Source: a bacterium
GTDB lineage: Bacteria; UBP15; UBA6099; DSWB01
Direction: 5' to 3'
DNA length: 58,362 nt
NCBI GenBank assembly: GCA_020061125.1
Contig: JAGUYV010000086.1
Coordinates: 1-58,362 of the forward strand
Shown piece by piece: positions 10,383 through 21,035 of this stretch. Within the stretch, counting starts at the first letter, position 1, and every line of letters starts with the position of its first letter. The notes under the pieces are model-generated. The model was not told the DNA's origin. It did not search any database and worked only from the letters and a program-made list of their open reading frames with translations. Position numbers and translations under genes: made by a program.

Positions 10383-11318
10383 ATGAAAAAATGCAAAATT
10401 ACCGTGGTTGGCGCGGGCAATGTAGGCGCCACCACAGGGCAGAGAATTGCCGAAATGCAACTTGGCGATGTGGTTCTCGTTGACATTGTCGAAGACATGC
10501 CGCAGGGCAAGGCTCTGGATCTGACCCAGGCCGCGCCCGTGCTCGGGCACGACTGCGCCGTGACGGGCAGCAACGGATACGAGGCCACCGCGGGTTCGGA
10601 CATCGTGGTCATCACATCGGGCATCGCGCGCAAGCCGGGCATGAGCCGCGACGACCTGCTCCAGACCAATGTAAAAATCGTCAAGGATGTCACCAGCAAA
10701 ATCGTGGCGCAGTCCCCGGATTGCATTCTGATTATCGTGTCCAATCCGCTCGACGCCATGACCTATGTGGCGCACAAGGTGAGCGGGTTCCCGCGCGAGC
10801 GCATCATGGGCATGGCCGGAGTTCTGGACAGCGCACGCTTTCGAGCGTTCATCGCCATGGAACTGAAGGTCAGCGTTGAGAACATCCACGCCTTTGTGCT
10901 TGGCGGGCACGGGGACAGCATGGTTCCCAGCACGCGGTACACCACGGTGGCGGGCGTGCCGGTCGAGGAACTGATTCCCGCGGACCGGCTGGCGCAGATC
11001 GTGCAGCGCACCAGGGACGGCGGCGCCGAGATCGTGAAGCTGCTCAAGAGCGGCAGCGCGTATTACGCACCGGCCGCGGCCGTGGCCGAGATGGCCGAAG
11101 CCATTGTTCGCGACAAAAAGAAAATTCTGCCCGTTGCGGCCCTGTGCCAGGGCGAGTACGGAGTGGACGGACTGTTCGTGGGCGTTCCCGCAAAACTGGG
11201 CGCAAAGGGCATGGAAGGCGTGTTCGAGATTAAACTGTCCGGCGAAGAAGCTGCGGCGCTCAACAAATCCGCGGATGCCGTGGAGAAGCTCTGCCGCGAA
11301 GTGGACGCCATGCTGTAA
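10383..11318 (+). CDS. mdh: NAD-dependent malate dehydrogenase (LDH-like family)
   Basis: [15 protein letters not shown] Rossmann motif, SNPLD, and GGHGDSMVP catalytic-loop region. Start moved to ATG 10383, with GGGAGG upstream. Confidence 0.9.
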   Translation: MKKCKITVVGAGNVGATTGQRIAEMQLGDVVLVDIVEDMPQGKALDLTQAAPVLGHDCAVTGSNGYEATAGSDIVVITSGIARKPGMSRDDLLQTNVKIVKDVTSKIVAQSPDCILIIVSNPLDAMTYVAHKVSGFPRERIMGMAGVLDSARFRAFIAMELKVSVENIHAFVLGGHGDSMVPSTRYTTVAGVPVEELIPADRLAQIVQRTRDGGAEIVKLLKSGSAYYAPAAAVAEMAEAIVRDKKKILPVAALCQGEYGVDGLFVGVPAKLGAKGMEGVFEIKLSGEEAAALNKSADAVEKLCREVDAML

Positions 11319-11361
11319 GAGCCACCAACCGCACGCCATAAGTGAAAAACAGGAGACAGAG

Positions 11362-12651
11362 ATGACCAGAGTGACTCGTCGTGATTTTCTCAAGAACAGC
11401 GCGGGAGCAGCCGCTGCGTTCAGTCTGGCTGGCGCGGTGAACCTCGGGCTGGGTGTGAGGCGAGCCGTGGCCGCGGCCCAGGCGGGCGGCCCGGCGCCGT
11501 TCCAAGGCATCGTAAATCTCAAATGGCCGCTGTTCTCGCAACCCGCCATGCTGCTGCCCGGCGGCAAACTGCCCGTGCGGCTCAAGGATCCCGTCGCAAA
11601 AATCACCGCCGCGCAGCTCATGGCCACCGACGGAAAAACCGTGGATCTTGACCCGAAACAGTTGGCCGGAGACGGCGCATTCACCCTGCCGTCCGGCGCA
11701 ACCCCCGGAGTGTACGGCCTGCGCGTGCACAGCACTTTAGGCACGGGCGTACCAATTGTTGACGAACAACCACGCGCCGTGGCCGTTTATCCGGCGTTCA
11801 AGGATGATTTTGATTTCATCTTTTTCGCGGACATCCACTTCGGCGAACACGACGGCGTGATGCCCGATGCGCCCATCACACCTGAAATCAAGGATTATTA
11901 CAAAATGCGCGCCAAAGCGCTCATAGAGATTCAGAAGCGCGAGCCGGAGTTCATCGTGCTCGGCGGCGACCTTCACCTGTACCCGAAGAGCTACCACCTG
12001 GGATTCCCGGAAAGCTATGCATTCCTGACCCATTATCTGCGCAGCCCCCTGTTCATCGTGCCCGGAAACCACGACACCTATCACATGAAAGTCAAGGAAC
12101 TGGGCGGCAAGCATGTATATGCGTCGGAATACTGGGACAAATACTACGGCCAGCGGTTCCATTCGTTCGATTACGGCAAACTGCATGTATCCTGCCTGAA
12201 CACTTCGGACTGGCCCGAGGAATTCATCCACTGGGGCACGGAGACCACGACCACGGGCACGCTGCTGAACACCGGATTCCAGCGCGAGCAGTACGACTGG
12301 ATGAAATCGGACATCGAAGCGGCCACGGCCGCGGGCCGCGAAACCGTGGTGTGCTGCCACATTCCGCTTCACAACATCATCTCGGGCAAGAAACTGGGCA
12401 TGCCGCCGGTGAAGCTGCCCGGCGCGCCCGAAGGCGCGGTGTTCGACCTTTTCAACAAGAACGATGTAAACCATGTGTTCGTCGGGCACCTGCACTGGAA
12501 CGATGAAAAGGTCATCGCCGAGGATGTGCAGGAGCACATGGTGCGCAATGTGGGCGGCGATTTTCTGGAATCCGACGCCGCGGGATTCGCCTTGGTGCAT
12601 GTGCGCGGGGGCCGCATCACCGGGCACGACATCGTGGAACTGCGGCTCTGA
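11362..12651 (+). CDS. Tat-signal metallophosphoesterase (calcineurin-like)
   Basis: Twin-arginine leader MTRVTRRDFLKNSAGAAAAFSLAG. Phosphoesterase motifs ADIHFG, GGDLH, PGNHD, CHIPLH and VGHLH. Start at ATG 11362, with AGGAGA upstream. Confidence 0.85.
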   Translation: MTRVTRRDFLKNSAGAAAAFSLAGAVNLGLGVRRAVAAAQAGGPAPFQGIVNLKWPLFSQPAMLLPGGKLPVRLKDPVAKITAAQLMATDGKTVDLDPKQLAGDGAFTLPSGATPGVYGLRVHSTLGTGVPIVDEQPRAVAVYPAFKDDFDFIFFADIHFGEHDGVMPDAPITPEIKDYYKMRAKALIEIQKREPEFIVLGGDLHLYPKSYHLGFPESYAFLTHYLRSPLFIVPGNHDTYHMKVKELGGKHVYASEYWDKYYGQRFHSFDYGKLHVSCLNTSDWPEEFIHWGTETTTTGTLLNTGFQREQYDWMKSDIEAATAAGRETVVCCHIPLHNIISGKKLGMPPVKLPGAPEGAVFDLFNKNDVNHVFVGHLHWNDEKVIAEDVQEHMVRNVGGDFLESDAAGFALVHVRGGRITGHDIVELRL

Positions 12652-12666
12652 CCGCGCGGGGGACCC

Positions 12667-13062
12667 ATGATCCACGGCGTGGGCATTGACATCGTACACA
12701 ACGCGCAGATTAAGAAAAGCATCGAGAAATACGGCGCGCGCTATCTGGACAAAGTGTTTACCCCGGAAGAGCAGGCGTATTGCGGCGCACGGCCCGACCC
12801 GGTCACGCATTACGCTGCCCGGTTTGCGGCCAAGGAATCATTCATCAAAGCCTGCGGCCCAATGCTGACCCGCGAGGGCCAGGTGTTCCGCAACATCGAA
12901 ATCGCTCTCGACGATAGAGGCTGTCCGCATGTCTTGCTGAACGGCGAAACCGCGCGCCAGATTCCATTCAATGAATACCGCGCGCATCTATCCCTCACGC
13001 ACGACAAAATGGTATCCGCGGCCGTGACCGTGATCGAGAAGGTGCAGCACGGTTCGGCATAG
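12667..13062 (+). CDS. acpS: Holo-[acyl-carrier-protein] synthase
   Basis: 131 aa. MIHGVGIDIVHNAQI N-terminus, FAAKESFIKA and SLTHD motifs. Confidence 0.9.
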   Translation: MIHGVGIDIVHNAQIKKSIEKYGARYLDKVFTPEEQAYCGARPDPVTHYAARFAAKESFIKACGPMLTREGQVFRNIEIALDDRGCPHVLLNGETARQIPFNEYRAHLSLTHDKMVSAAVTVIEKVQHGSA

Positions 13063-13084
13063 CCGGATGATTCAGGTGACATTT

Positions 13085-14647
13085 ATGAACAGAATATTCT
13101 CCCTTGCGGCGATGATGCTGGTTTGTGTTCTTTCGGCATGCGGGGTTTGCGCGGCGCAGCCCGCGGATGCGCCGCTGCCTGCGGCTCCCGTGGAGAACGG
13201 TCCGGTTGTCGAGACCGCGGCTTCCCCAGGCGCGGAAACGCCCGCGGTTGAGGGACAACTGATTTTCTCATTCATCAGTTCCGCGTATTACATGGAAAAA
13301 AAGTGGGGGCAGGGCATGGCCCTCGAAGGCATCCAGCGCATCGCCGGCATCGCGCACCGCAACGGCGTGCCCGTGACCTGGCTCGTGAACTCCAAATCCG
13401 CGGAAGCGGCCAAAGATCTGTTTACGCAATACCACTATGATTACGGTGATGAAGTGGGGCTGATCCTCACGCCCAGTTCCGGTGACGCCGAGCCGTGGGG
13501 GGGCGAGGCGTTCTACATGCGCCGCAAGCTCACCCGCGACCAGTTGCTCAAATGGGCGCAGGACGAGATTGCCTCCATCAAGCAGAGCCTGCCCTGGGCC
13601 GAGATCAAAATCGGCGGCGGCGGGCATCGGTCAAAGGCCATGGCGCAGGTGTTCGAGCGGCTCGGCCTGCAGGCTTTCTGGGGCCACTGCTGGGAACAGG
13701 CGTACACCGACGAAATCAGCGATCGCGGCGCGCCCTGGGGGTTTTATTTCGTGAATCCCGAAGCTTACAAAACCCCGAACCCCGCGCCCGGCGGCCTGGT
13801 CGCCATCGAGTGGACCGCGCGCGATCTCAATCTCGCATTCCGCACCGGAAAGCCGGAGACTTATTCCACGGACCCGGACGATGTGCGCCGCGGCGGCATC
13901 ACGCGCCACAGGGACATCAATTACTGGAAAGCGCTCGTGGACCAGTATCACCGCAATGCGCGCTACAACGCGGTCGTTCCACTCATGGTGCATCAGGAAG
14001 CCCACGAGATGGAATGCAGCCAGAGCATCTGCGTGAACAACGAGGAAGTCTGGACCAACACCGGCGACATGCTCGATGAGCTGTTCAAATATGTCAAGGA
14101 ATCCGGGATCACGGTGGCGCCCGCGTCCGCGGCCGTGGCCGCTTACCGGGCGGCAAACGCATCCACGCCCCCCACATACGCGCTCATTAAAAATCTCGCC
14201 CCATCCTTCAGGGACATGAATCCCGACCTGTACGAGCAAGTGGCGGAGCACCGCGAGATCTTCGTGTATTACGATGTGAACGGCCAGTTGTTCTTCGACA
14301 GCGGCGCCGTCGGCCCGGTTTTCGTGCGCAACTATATGGGGCTAACAAGCGCGAACATGGAGGGCGCGGAAACTCCGGGCATCGAGTACCCGCCCGTTCC
14401 CGCGGTCAGCGAGCAGGTGATTCCCGGCCGGTTCGTTTATCAGGTGACCGTGGAGTCCCAGGAGAAAATGCCGTACGGTATCGCATTGTGGGGCGACTTC
14501 GAGGGCTGCGAATTCGTGTCCGAATCGCAGCCGGGGCAAAAAGTTCTGTCCGGCGCGCTGGCGTTTTCGCCCGTGATTCTCGAACCCGGCGCCAATGAAT
14601 TTCAACTCATCCTCGAATGCAAAGGCCCGCAGTGGGAATGGGAATGA
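13085..14647 (+). CDS. Lipoprotein of unknown function (possibly a carbohydrate-active fold)
   Basis: Signal peptide with lipobox, MNRIFSLAAMMLVCVLSAC. Start chosen at ATG 13085, with AGGTGA 5 nt upstream; the alternative ATG at 13067 would add 6 residues. I recognise no diagnostic catalytic motif. Confidence 0.65.
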   Translation: MNRIFSLAAMMLVCVLSACGVCAAQPADAPLPAAPVENGPVVETAASPGAETPAVEGQLIFSFISSAYYMEKKWGQGMALEGIQRIAGIAHRNGVPVTWLVNSKSAEAAKDLFTQYHYDYGDEVGLILTPSSGDAEPWGGEAFYMRRKLTRDQLLKWAQDEIASIKQSLPWAEIKIGGGGHRSKAMAQVFERLGLQAFWGHCWEQAYTDEISDRGAPWGFYFVNPEAYKTPNPAPGGLVAIEWTARDLNLAFRTGKPETYSTDPDDVRRGGITRHRDINYWKALVDQYHRNARYNAVVPLMVHQEAHEMECSQSICVNNEEVWTNTGDMLDELFKYVKESGITVAPASAAVAAYRAANASTPPTYALIKNLAPSFRDMNPDLYEQVAEHREIFVYYDVNGQLFFDSGAVGPVFVRNYMGLTSANMEGAETPGIEYPPVPAVSEQVIPGRFVYQVTVESQEKMPYGIALWGDFEGCEFVSESQPGQKVLSGALAFSPVILEPGANEFQLILECKGPQWEWE

Positions 14648-14701
14648 ATCGGTCCCGTTCGTGCGCATTCTCTTTTGATTCGTGAAAATTCGTGATCTGA
14701 T

Positions 14702-15523
14702 TTAATAGTGCGTCAGCGACCCGTCGTGTTTCGCCCTGCGCAGGGCGAAGGAAATGAACCACAGGCTTACGGGCAGGAGCAGGGCGGTAAGCAGGGTGAG
14801 CTTGATGAGGTCCGGAGCCAGTTCGGCCAGGGGCGCGCCGCGGATGATGGCGTCGCGCATGAGGCGCAGGGTATAGGTGATGGGCAGAACCTCGGCCGCG
14901 CGCTGCATGGCCGCGGGCATGACCTCGATGGGATAGTACACGCCTCCTAGCAGGATGGACCCGAAGCTGAAAAACATGTTCACCGGGTCGCCGCGCTTGA
15001 AGATAATGATAAACCCCGCGGACAGCATGCCCAGCGAACTGAACGCGGCCAGGGACAACAGCATGATGATGGGCACCGTCCACAGGCTTTCTCCGGTGTA
15101 GCGCGCGCTCAAGAAAAATACGCCCATCACGAAATATACGAACAGGTGGAAGCTGTCGTACAGAAAATTCCAGACCAGCTTGGACAGGAGCACCACGGTA
15201 AGGCTTGTGGGCGTGGTGAGAATAAACTCGAGCGTGCCAAGCATCTGTTCCACGCGAATGGCGTTGGAAAAGGTGCGCATGCCCGTGTTGATGTAGCCCA
15301 TGAACGCCAGGCCGATGAGCACGAATGAGAAATAGTCGCCATTGTATTTTTCGAGCGACGGGATGGGCGAAGCGCCCGAAGAGAATACTTTTGCCACGAA
15401 GAAGAAAATCAGCGTGTACATGATGGTGGAGAAAAATTGCAGGAAAAAGCTCAAGCGGTATGAGAGTTCCTTGATGAACTCCTTGTGGACCAGCAGCAGG
15501 ATTTTGTAGATCGTGTATAGCAT
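14702..15523 (-). CDS. ABC-2 type transporter permease
   Basis: About 273 aa with six hydrophobic segments, immediately downstream of the ATPase gene. The ORF-track start at 15532 is a TTG that overlaps the ATPase stop. I prefer ATG 15521-15523, preceded by GAGGA. Confidence 0.8.
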   Translation of the reverse strand: MLYTIYKILLLVHKEFIKELSYRLSFFLQFFSTIMYTLIFFFVAKVFSSGASPIPSLEKYNGDYFSFVLIGLAFMGYINTGMRTFSNAIRVEQMLGTLEFILTTPTSLTVVLLSKLVWNFLYDSFHLFVYFVMGVFFLSARYTGESLWTVPIIMLLSLAAFSSLGMLSAGFIIIFKRGDPVNMFFSFGSILLGGVYYPIEVMPAAMQRAAEVLPITYTLRLMRDAIIRGAPLAELAPDLIKLTLLTALLLPVSLWFISFALRRAKHDGSLTHY

Positions 15524-15528
15524 AATCC

Positions 15529-16293
<765 letters not shown>

Positions 16294-16437
16294 ATCAATG
16301 ATAAATATAACAAATGTTTTGTGTATGTCCCAGAGTCGCAGAATAAGATCCGTTAATCAGGAAATCATTACATATTGGAGTATTGCCATTCTCATTCATA
16401 TTGTGTGGCTGCTGTGATTGAAAATCGCATAACTGGC

Positions 16438-16572
16438 GTCATTCCAGCATGTATTTAGCTGGAATCCACAGGCAATTCGTGCTTCCCAATTTGGGCGGTT
16501 CTATTGACTGACTGCCTCAATGCAACCGCCGTTACCGGCGTAACCATGGATTCCAACCTTCGTTGGAATGAC
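16438..16572. repeat. REPIN/MITE-like element: two inverted copies of a hairpin-forming palindrome flanking a central hairpin
   Basis: Unit 1 (16438-16468) is GTC-ATTCCAGC-(9 nt)-GCTGGAAT-CCA. Unit 2 (16547-16572) is TGG-ATTCCAAC-(4 nt)-GTTGGAAT-GAC, the reverse-complement orientation of unit 1. A central stem pairs GGCGGTT (16494-16500) with AACCGCC (16524-16530). Only one copy occurs in this window. Confidence 0.5.
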
Positions 16573-16721
16573 AAACTTATTAGCAACCTCAACAATAGGA
16601 ATTCACTAAAAGAACGGGGCCTTTTGAATGCAGCTTTGTGACGATATAAAACTTTTCGAAAATGTCAGGAGACAGATGAAACAAAATTATTAAATGAATG
16701 AAAATGCAGGATATAAAACCG

Positions 16722-18071
16722 CTAAAACGCCTCTTTGAACGGATCTATGGCATAGGACAAGATCGCATAGGCGTTGAATGATATCTTGTAATTGATCTTG
16801 TATATCTTGTTTTCCATCAGATCCGTGACATAGGCATAGTCGCCGATTACGGTCATGTCCGAGGGCTGCGAGCCGACTTTGAACGCCAGGCCGTGGACAT
16901 AGGTTTGCGCCACATTCGTGGCGATGGCGCTTTTGAAGTTGTCCCATTCCAGGGTGATCAGCATCCCCGAACCCGCGCACAGGGCCAGAAGGTGCTCTTC
17001 GTCGTCCGTAAGATGAATCACAGAAGGCTTCACGCATCCGATGACGGGGACATAGCCCAATGTCAGAGCGGCCGTGGCCGCGGCCGCCGGATCGGAAACA
17101 TCGGTGACGATTATGACATCATTTTCCGCTCTGCTGCTTTTATCGTAGCAGGAGATAATGGCTTCGCCGCCGCCGCTCGTCAGTTGAATGTAGCTGGGAT
17201 CGTAGCAGGTGCCTATGTTGCGGCTAAGAGTGCCATCGGAATTCTTGGTGGCGTAATAATACTGGAGCGACCGGGGAGAGCCAGCCGTGTGCGCCTTGGC
17301 CGTAAGATCCAGAATGGAAAGCCCGTTCGCGCTGGTCTCGGATTGCGGCAGATACGCGTAAGTTCTGGCGTCGTTCACGGCAAGGGCAATTGGCGCTTTC
17401 AGATTAGTTTTATAGTACCAGGGGATCTCCCCGTATGTATTGGTGGCGAAAGTGACCTGCGTTGCCGTGGCGCTTTCGATCAAATCCGTATCAAGCACGG
17501 CCAGGTCGCTCTTCACGAGGCTCGTGACATAGAGCCTGTCATTCGTGGTGTCCCAGAACATGCCGCGCACGGACTCCATGGACTGTGCGGAAAACGACCC
17601 TGGCACGGACATGGACTGAAGCTTGATTTCTTTAAGCAGAGTGTAGGTTGTGAGATCAATGTAAGACAGGTAAGTGTAGCCCACGCCGTCGCCGCCATCG
17701 TCTACATACAGGGGCGAGGTTTTGCAGTTGGAATTGTTGTCGTGTCCCACGATGAGCCGGGTGTCGTCGTCATTGACCACGATGTGCCGGGGACCGCAGC
17801 CTACCTTGATTTCGGCTATCTGTGACAGGCTGTCCGCGTCGTACACGGAAATGGAGCCGAGCACATTGTTGGCCACGAACAGTTTGGTGCCGTCGTTGGA
17901 GCGCGTGATGTCCGTGGGATACGCGTAATTGTTGACAGTTACGGTATTCGCCGATGAGGCGCCGCCGGAAGAGTTTCCGCACGCGGCCAGGAACAGGGGC
18001 AGGGCGGCCAACAGCAGAAGGAACGGGATATAATCAGCCGTGTTTTTTCTGGGTTTGGAGCGTATCGTCAT
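16722..18071 (-). CDS. Lipoprotein with YVTN/YncE-like beta-propeller repeats
   Basis: Lipobox LFLAAC followed by GNSSGG. Repeated propeller-blade-like segments such as LFVANNVLGSISVYD, PRHIVVNDDDTRLIVG and LYVTSLVKSDLAVLD. Its ATG overlaps the upstream stop (TGATG at 18069-18073). Confidence 0.75.
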   Translation of the reverse strand: MTIRSKPRKNTADYIPFLLLLAALPLFLAACGNSSGGASSANTVTVNNYAYPTDITRSNDGTKLFVANNVLGSISVYDADSLSQIAEIKVGCGPRHIVVNDDDTRLIVGHDNNSNCKTSPLYVDDGGDGVGYTYLSYIDLTTYTLLKEIKLQSMSVPGSFSAQSMESVRGMFWDTTNDRLYVTSLVKSDLAVLDTDLIESATATQVTFATNTYGEIPWYYKTNLKAPIALAVNDARTYAYLPQSETSANGLSILDLTAKAHTAGSPRSLQYYYATKNSDGTLSRNIGTCYDPSYIQLTSGGGEAIISCYDKSSRAENDVIIVTDVSDPAAAATAALTLGYVPVIGCVKPSVIHLTDDEEHLLALCAGSGMLITLEWDNFKSAIATNVAQTYVHGLAFKVGSQPSDMTVIGDYAYVTDLMENKIYKINYKISFNAYAILSYAIDPFKEAF

Positions 18072-20914
18072 CAGAAGCTGGACTCCAGTACGAGCAAAAA
18101 TTTGTTGCGGTCAATGGTCGGAAATTTGTCCTGGCTGACATTCCCGGTTGTGTCGTTGATCTCCATGTCGCTGGACTCCGGCAGCCGGTCGTATGTCTGC
18201 TGATACATCATCTTGAGTGTGGTGGACCCGGTCAGCTTGTAGCGGAATTCATTATACAGTTCCGTATACTTGCCCTGCGGGACCAGGTCGTAAATGATCT
18301 GTTCCGCGGGGTTTCTGGCCGTGGCCGTGGGGTCGCGGAACTGCAGATCAAAGGCGATGTTGTTGACGGTATAGTTTGTTTTGAAGAAGCCGCGCTTTGA
18401 AGTCTGCCATTCCAGTCCGTAGCTCTGCGAACCGATGTCGGCTTTCAGTGCGAGAAGCTGGTCATCCCCGGCCTCCATGGTGCAGTCTGCGACACCGTTT
18501 CCAACGACCTTGTCTATGATGTTTCCGTTGTCATCCTTGACTTCGATAAAGTTGGCGTCCACGCAGTGGGGCGGGATGGCGAGATTGGCTTTGGTGTAAC
18601 CCAAGTTGAAAGTAATTTTGTCCGTGATGTAATGCTTGTAGCCCAAATTGAGAACATCAATGGTGATCAGCCCTGTTCTGTTGTTAATGCGGGACAGAGC
18701 GTTGTTCAGCGGCCCCATGGCGGTTTGTTTGGAAGAGAGTGTCGAGAATCCCGAGGCGAGCGCTCCGAGGTCGAAGTAAATGGGATCAATTTCTTTCAGG
18801 TTGAGATAAAGCGCACTGGCTTCGCTTACCGGAGAAATTTTATACACCGGCCTGAACACCAGGCCCTTCATGCTCTGCAGGGAAATGGGCAGAATGGAAC
18901 TCATGGAACCGATGTCGAACCCTGAATCGCTTGGCGCGAACGCGGATATGTCAATATCAGCGAAGAATTCTGGGCCAAGGTGCACATAACCCATAGGGAA
19001 TATCGTGAGCGGGCCTTTGTTGTAATTCAAAATGACCAGAAAGCCGTCGTCCTGCTCATTGCGTTCCTTGGAATCCCACCAACACACATTTTCCTTGGAA
19101 GCATCGCTTGTGTTGCAGGATGTGAAGGTGTTGAACGGGGACAGAACCTTGTAGCCTTCTTTGAAATATGTGCTGTGCGCGTATTCGCCCATGAGGGTAA
19201 GGCCTGGCATGAGCGGGTAGATGGCGAACACGCTGGACACGCTGTTTTTTATTGGCGGCAGACAGAACATGTCCGTGGTGCTGATGTCCGAGTCCGGGCT
19301 TTTGTATTCGAATGCATCGTAAGCGAAAGTGAGGTCCACCCAGTTGCCGACATCGCAGCCCGGATAGTTCGTGTCCTTGTTGTCGAACATCATGGTGCGC
19401 GTGAAATTCACGCGCGACGATGGGTTGCCGAACAGGCTTGTTTCAATGGAAGCGCCATAACGGTATCTGTCGTATTGATCCTGGTCAAAATATGTGGTGT
19501 TGTAATCGAAATCATTGTCTTCTTCGTAGTCGGGTATGAAGAACGGCTCTTTCTGGTGCAGCCTTTCCCGCGCCCCGAACACTGTGAAATTGTAATCGTT
19601 GAGTTTCACGGAAGCGGTGATGCCCTGCAGCGGCTTGCCCATGACCGTAAACGGAGAAAAGAGTACCGAAATGTCGCCTGCGGACATGCTGGTGAGTTTG
19701 AAATTCCGGGGCTTTTCGATATCTTCGGAACTGTCCTGGTAGCGCACATAGAGGTTATTTACCGTGAGCGCGGTGCCGGAACCTTCGATGTTGCGGCGGT
19801 AAGCTGCGGAAAGCTGCTGCCGCCAGTATTCGTACATGGCCGCGCCGCTGGCCTCGATGCTTGGCGCTTTAGTGCGGTCGCCGTTCATGCCGCGCATGCC
19901 GCCGAGCCTGGTTCCGGCGATGAGCGAGCCTCCAATGGTAAGGTCCGCGGCCGGCTCGGGCTGGCTGGTGAAGTCGAGTTGCAGCACATTGTACATGTCC
20001 GCAACGCGCATGTTGCAGCGTTCGTAACGCCCGCCGTCCGAACCTTCGTAGCATCCGTCGCCCGTGACCACATCGTCGGAATACAGGAAGAACCGTTCGC
20101 TGCCCGTGACATTGAACCGCTTGTTCTCGTCCTTGAGTTTGTCAATTTCCCGCTCGTTGCGCAGCGCGATCTTGTTGGTTTCCTTGATTTGCTTGTCCAA
20201 ATTTTTGTTCATGTCCTTGAGTTCTTTTTTGAACTCGTTGACGAGTTTTTCCAGATCGTCAATCTGCTTCATGGTGAGGGAAAAACGGTCATCCATGGAG
20301 TCGGCCACGACCTTGCGCACTTCGGTGAGGATTTCAGCCTTGAACTTTTCGAGGTCGCTCTGTTCAGATTCCACGCCCATGTCCTTGGGCTGGGTGCGGG
20401 AGATGCCCATGCGGCCGAGGGAAGGCAGATCCACGCTCACGCGTCGTGTGGGGCTGATGACCGCGTCCGGGGGCGCGATGGCGTTAAGCGGGGGGCCGGT
20501 GCGGGGCAGGCCCGCGGGCTGGTTGGCCGTGCCGGTGGTGTACTCGCGCACGGGCATGCGCCCGGTCTGGTGCCAGGACAGGTAGTTGTCGAGCATGCGG
20601 GACACAATCATGGCCAGCTCGTAGCGGGTCACGACCTGGTCGCCGCGGAACAGTTCACCGTCGTAGCCGCGCAGCAGCCCGGATTGCACCAGGTCGAGCA
20701 CGGCGCGGTGCGCCCAGTGATCCGGCGGCACATCTTCGAAGGGCGAAGCTTTGACACGGCGCACATCATCGAGATTTTCGAGAAAATTCTCATCTTCGTA
20801 AATGTAATTGTCGTAGCGGATTTGCGCGGAGGCGGGCAGGGCGGCCGCAAGACACAAAACCATGAGCATCGCGGCGGAAAAGCGCTTCAAGACGGGCAGG
20901 GGTATTTTCGCCAT
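18071..20914 (-). CDS. SLH-domain outer-membrane beta-barrel protein (SlpA/OmpM-like)
   Basis: 947 aa. Signal peptide ending ASAQ. SLH motif DVPPDHWAHRAVLDLVQSGLLRGYDGELFRGDQVVTRYELAMIVSRML. A charged coiled-coil segment (LEKFKAEILTEVRK...DKLKDENKR). A long C-terminal region with alternating beta pattern, rich in Y/N/S/T/D, ending in a terminal Phe (LVLESSF). Confidence 0.8.
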   Translation of the reverse strand: MAKIPLPVLKRFSAAMLMVLCLAAALPASAQIRYDNYIYEDENFLENLDDVRRVKASPFEDVPPDHWAHRAVLDLVQSGLLRGYDGELFRGDQVVTRYELAMIVSRMLDNYLSWHQTGRMPVREYTTGTANQPAGLPRTGPPLNAIAPPDAVISPTRRVSVDLPSLGRMGISRTQPKDMGVESEQSDLEKFKAEILTEVRKVVADSMDDRFSLTMKQIDDLEKLVNEFKKELKDMNKNLDKQIKETNKIALRNEREIDKLKDENKRFNVTGSERFFLYSDDVVTGDGCYEGSDGGRYERCNMRVADMYNVLQLDFTSQPEPAADLTIGGSLIAGTRLGGMRGMNGDRTKAPSIEASGAAMYEYWRQQLSAAYRRNIEGSGTALTVNNLYVRYQDSSEDIEKPRNFKLTSMSAGDISVLFSPFTVMGKPLQGITASVKLNDYNFTVFGARERLHQKEPFFIPDYEEDNDFDYNTTYFDQDQYDRYRYGASIETSLFGNPSSRVNFTRTMMFDNKDTNYPGCDVGNWVDLTFAYDAFEYKSPDSDISTTDMFCLPPIKNSVSSVFAIYPLMPGLTLMGEYAHSTYFKEGYKVLSPFNTFTSCNTSDASKENVCWWDSKERNEQDDGFLVILNYNKGPLTIFPMGYVHLGPEFFADIDISAFAPSDSGFDIGSMSSILPISLQSMKGLVFRPVYKISPVSEASALYLNLKEIDPIYFDLGALASGFSTLSSKQTAMGPLNNALSRINNRTGLITIDVLNLGYKHYITDKITFNLGYTKANLAIPPHCVDANFIEVKDDNGNIIDKVVGNGVADCTMEAGDDQLLALKADIGSQSYGLEWQTSKRGFFKTNYTVNNIAFDLQFRDPTATARNPAEQIIYDLVPQGKYTELYNEFRYKLTGSTTLKMMYQQTYDRLPESSDMEINDTTGNVSQDKFPTIDRNKFLLVLESSF

Positions 20915-21033
20915 ATCGTCGTGTTTATCCTGCAGGCGTTTCGCCTGTATCTCCTATGCTGATGGGCCGCCTCGCCGCCTTGCGGTTGTCTTGCGGCAAC
21001 AACGCAACGAGCGGAAAATCACTAATTTCCCGC
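20915..21033 (-). promoter_or_regulatory. Long structured 5' leader of the SLH-barrel gene
   Basis: About 115 nt lie between the predicted promoter and the ATG. Minus-strand hairpins: GCGGGAAA-(7 nt)-TTTTCCGC (21011-33, at or just inside the predicted 5' end), GTTGT-(9 nt)-ACAAC, and CAGGCG-AAA-CGCCTG (20933-47). Confidence 0.35.
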
Positions 21034-21035
21034 AA

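Noticed and set aside
10329-12810. Long minus-strand ORFs (471 aa and 357 aa)
   Set aside because: They are antisense to mdh and the metallophosphoesterase, both of which have unambiguous catalytic motifs.
18980-20962. 660-aa ORF on the plus strand
   Set aside because: It lies entirely antisense to the SLH-barrel gene. Its composition (G/V/H/R/A-rich, no motifs) is typical of shadow ORFs in GC-rich DNA, and the opposite-strand protein has clear domain signatures.
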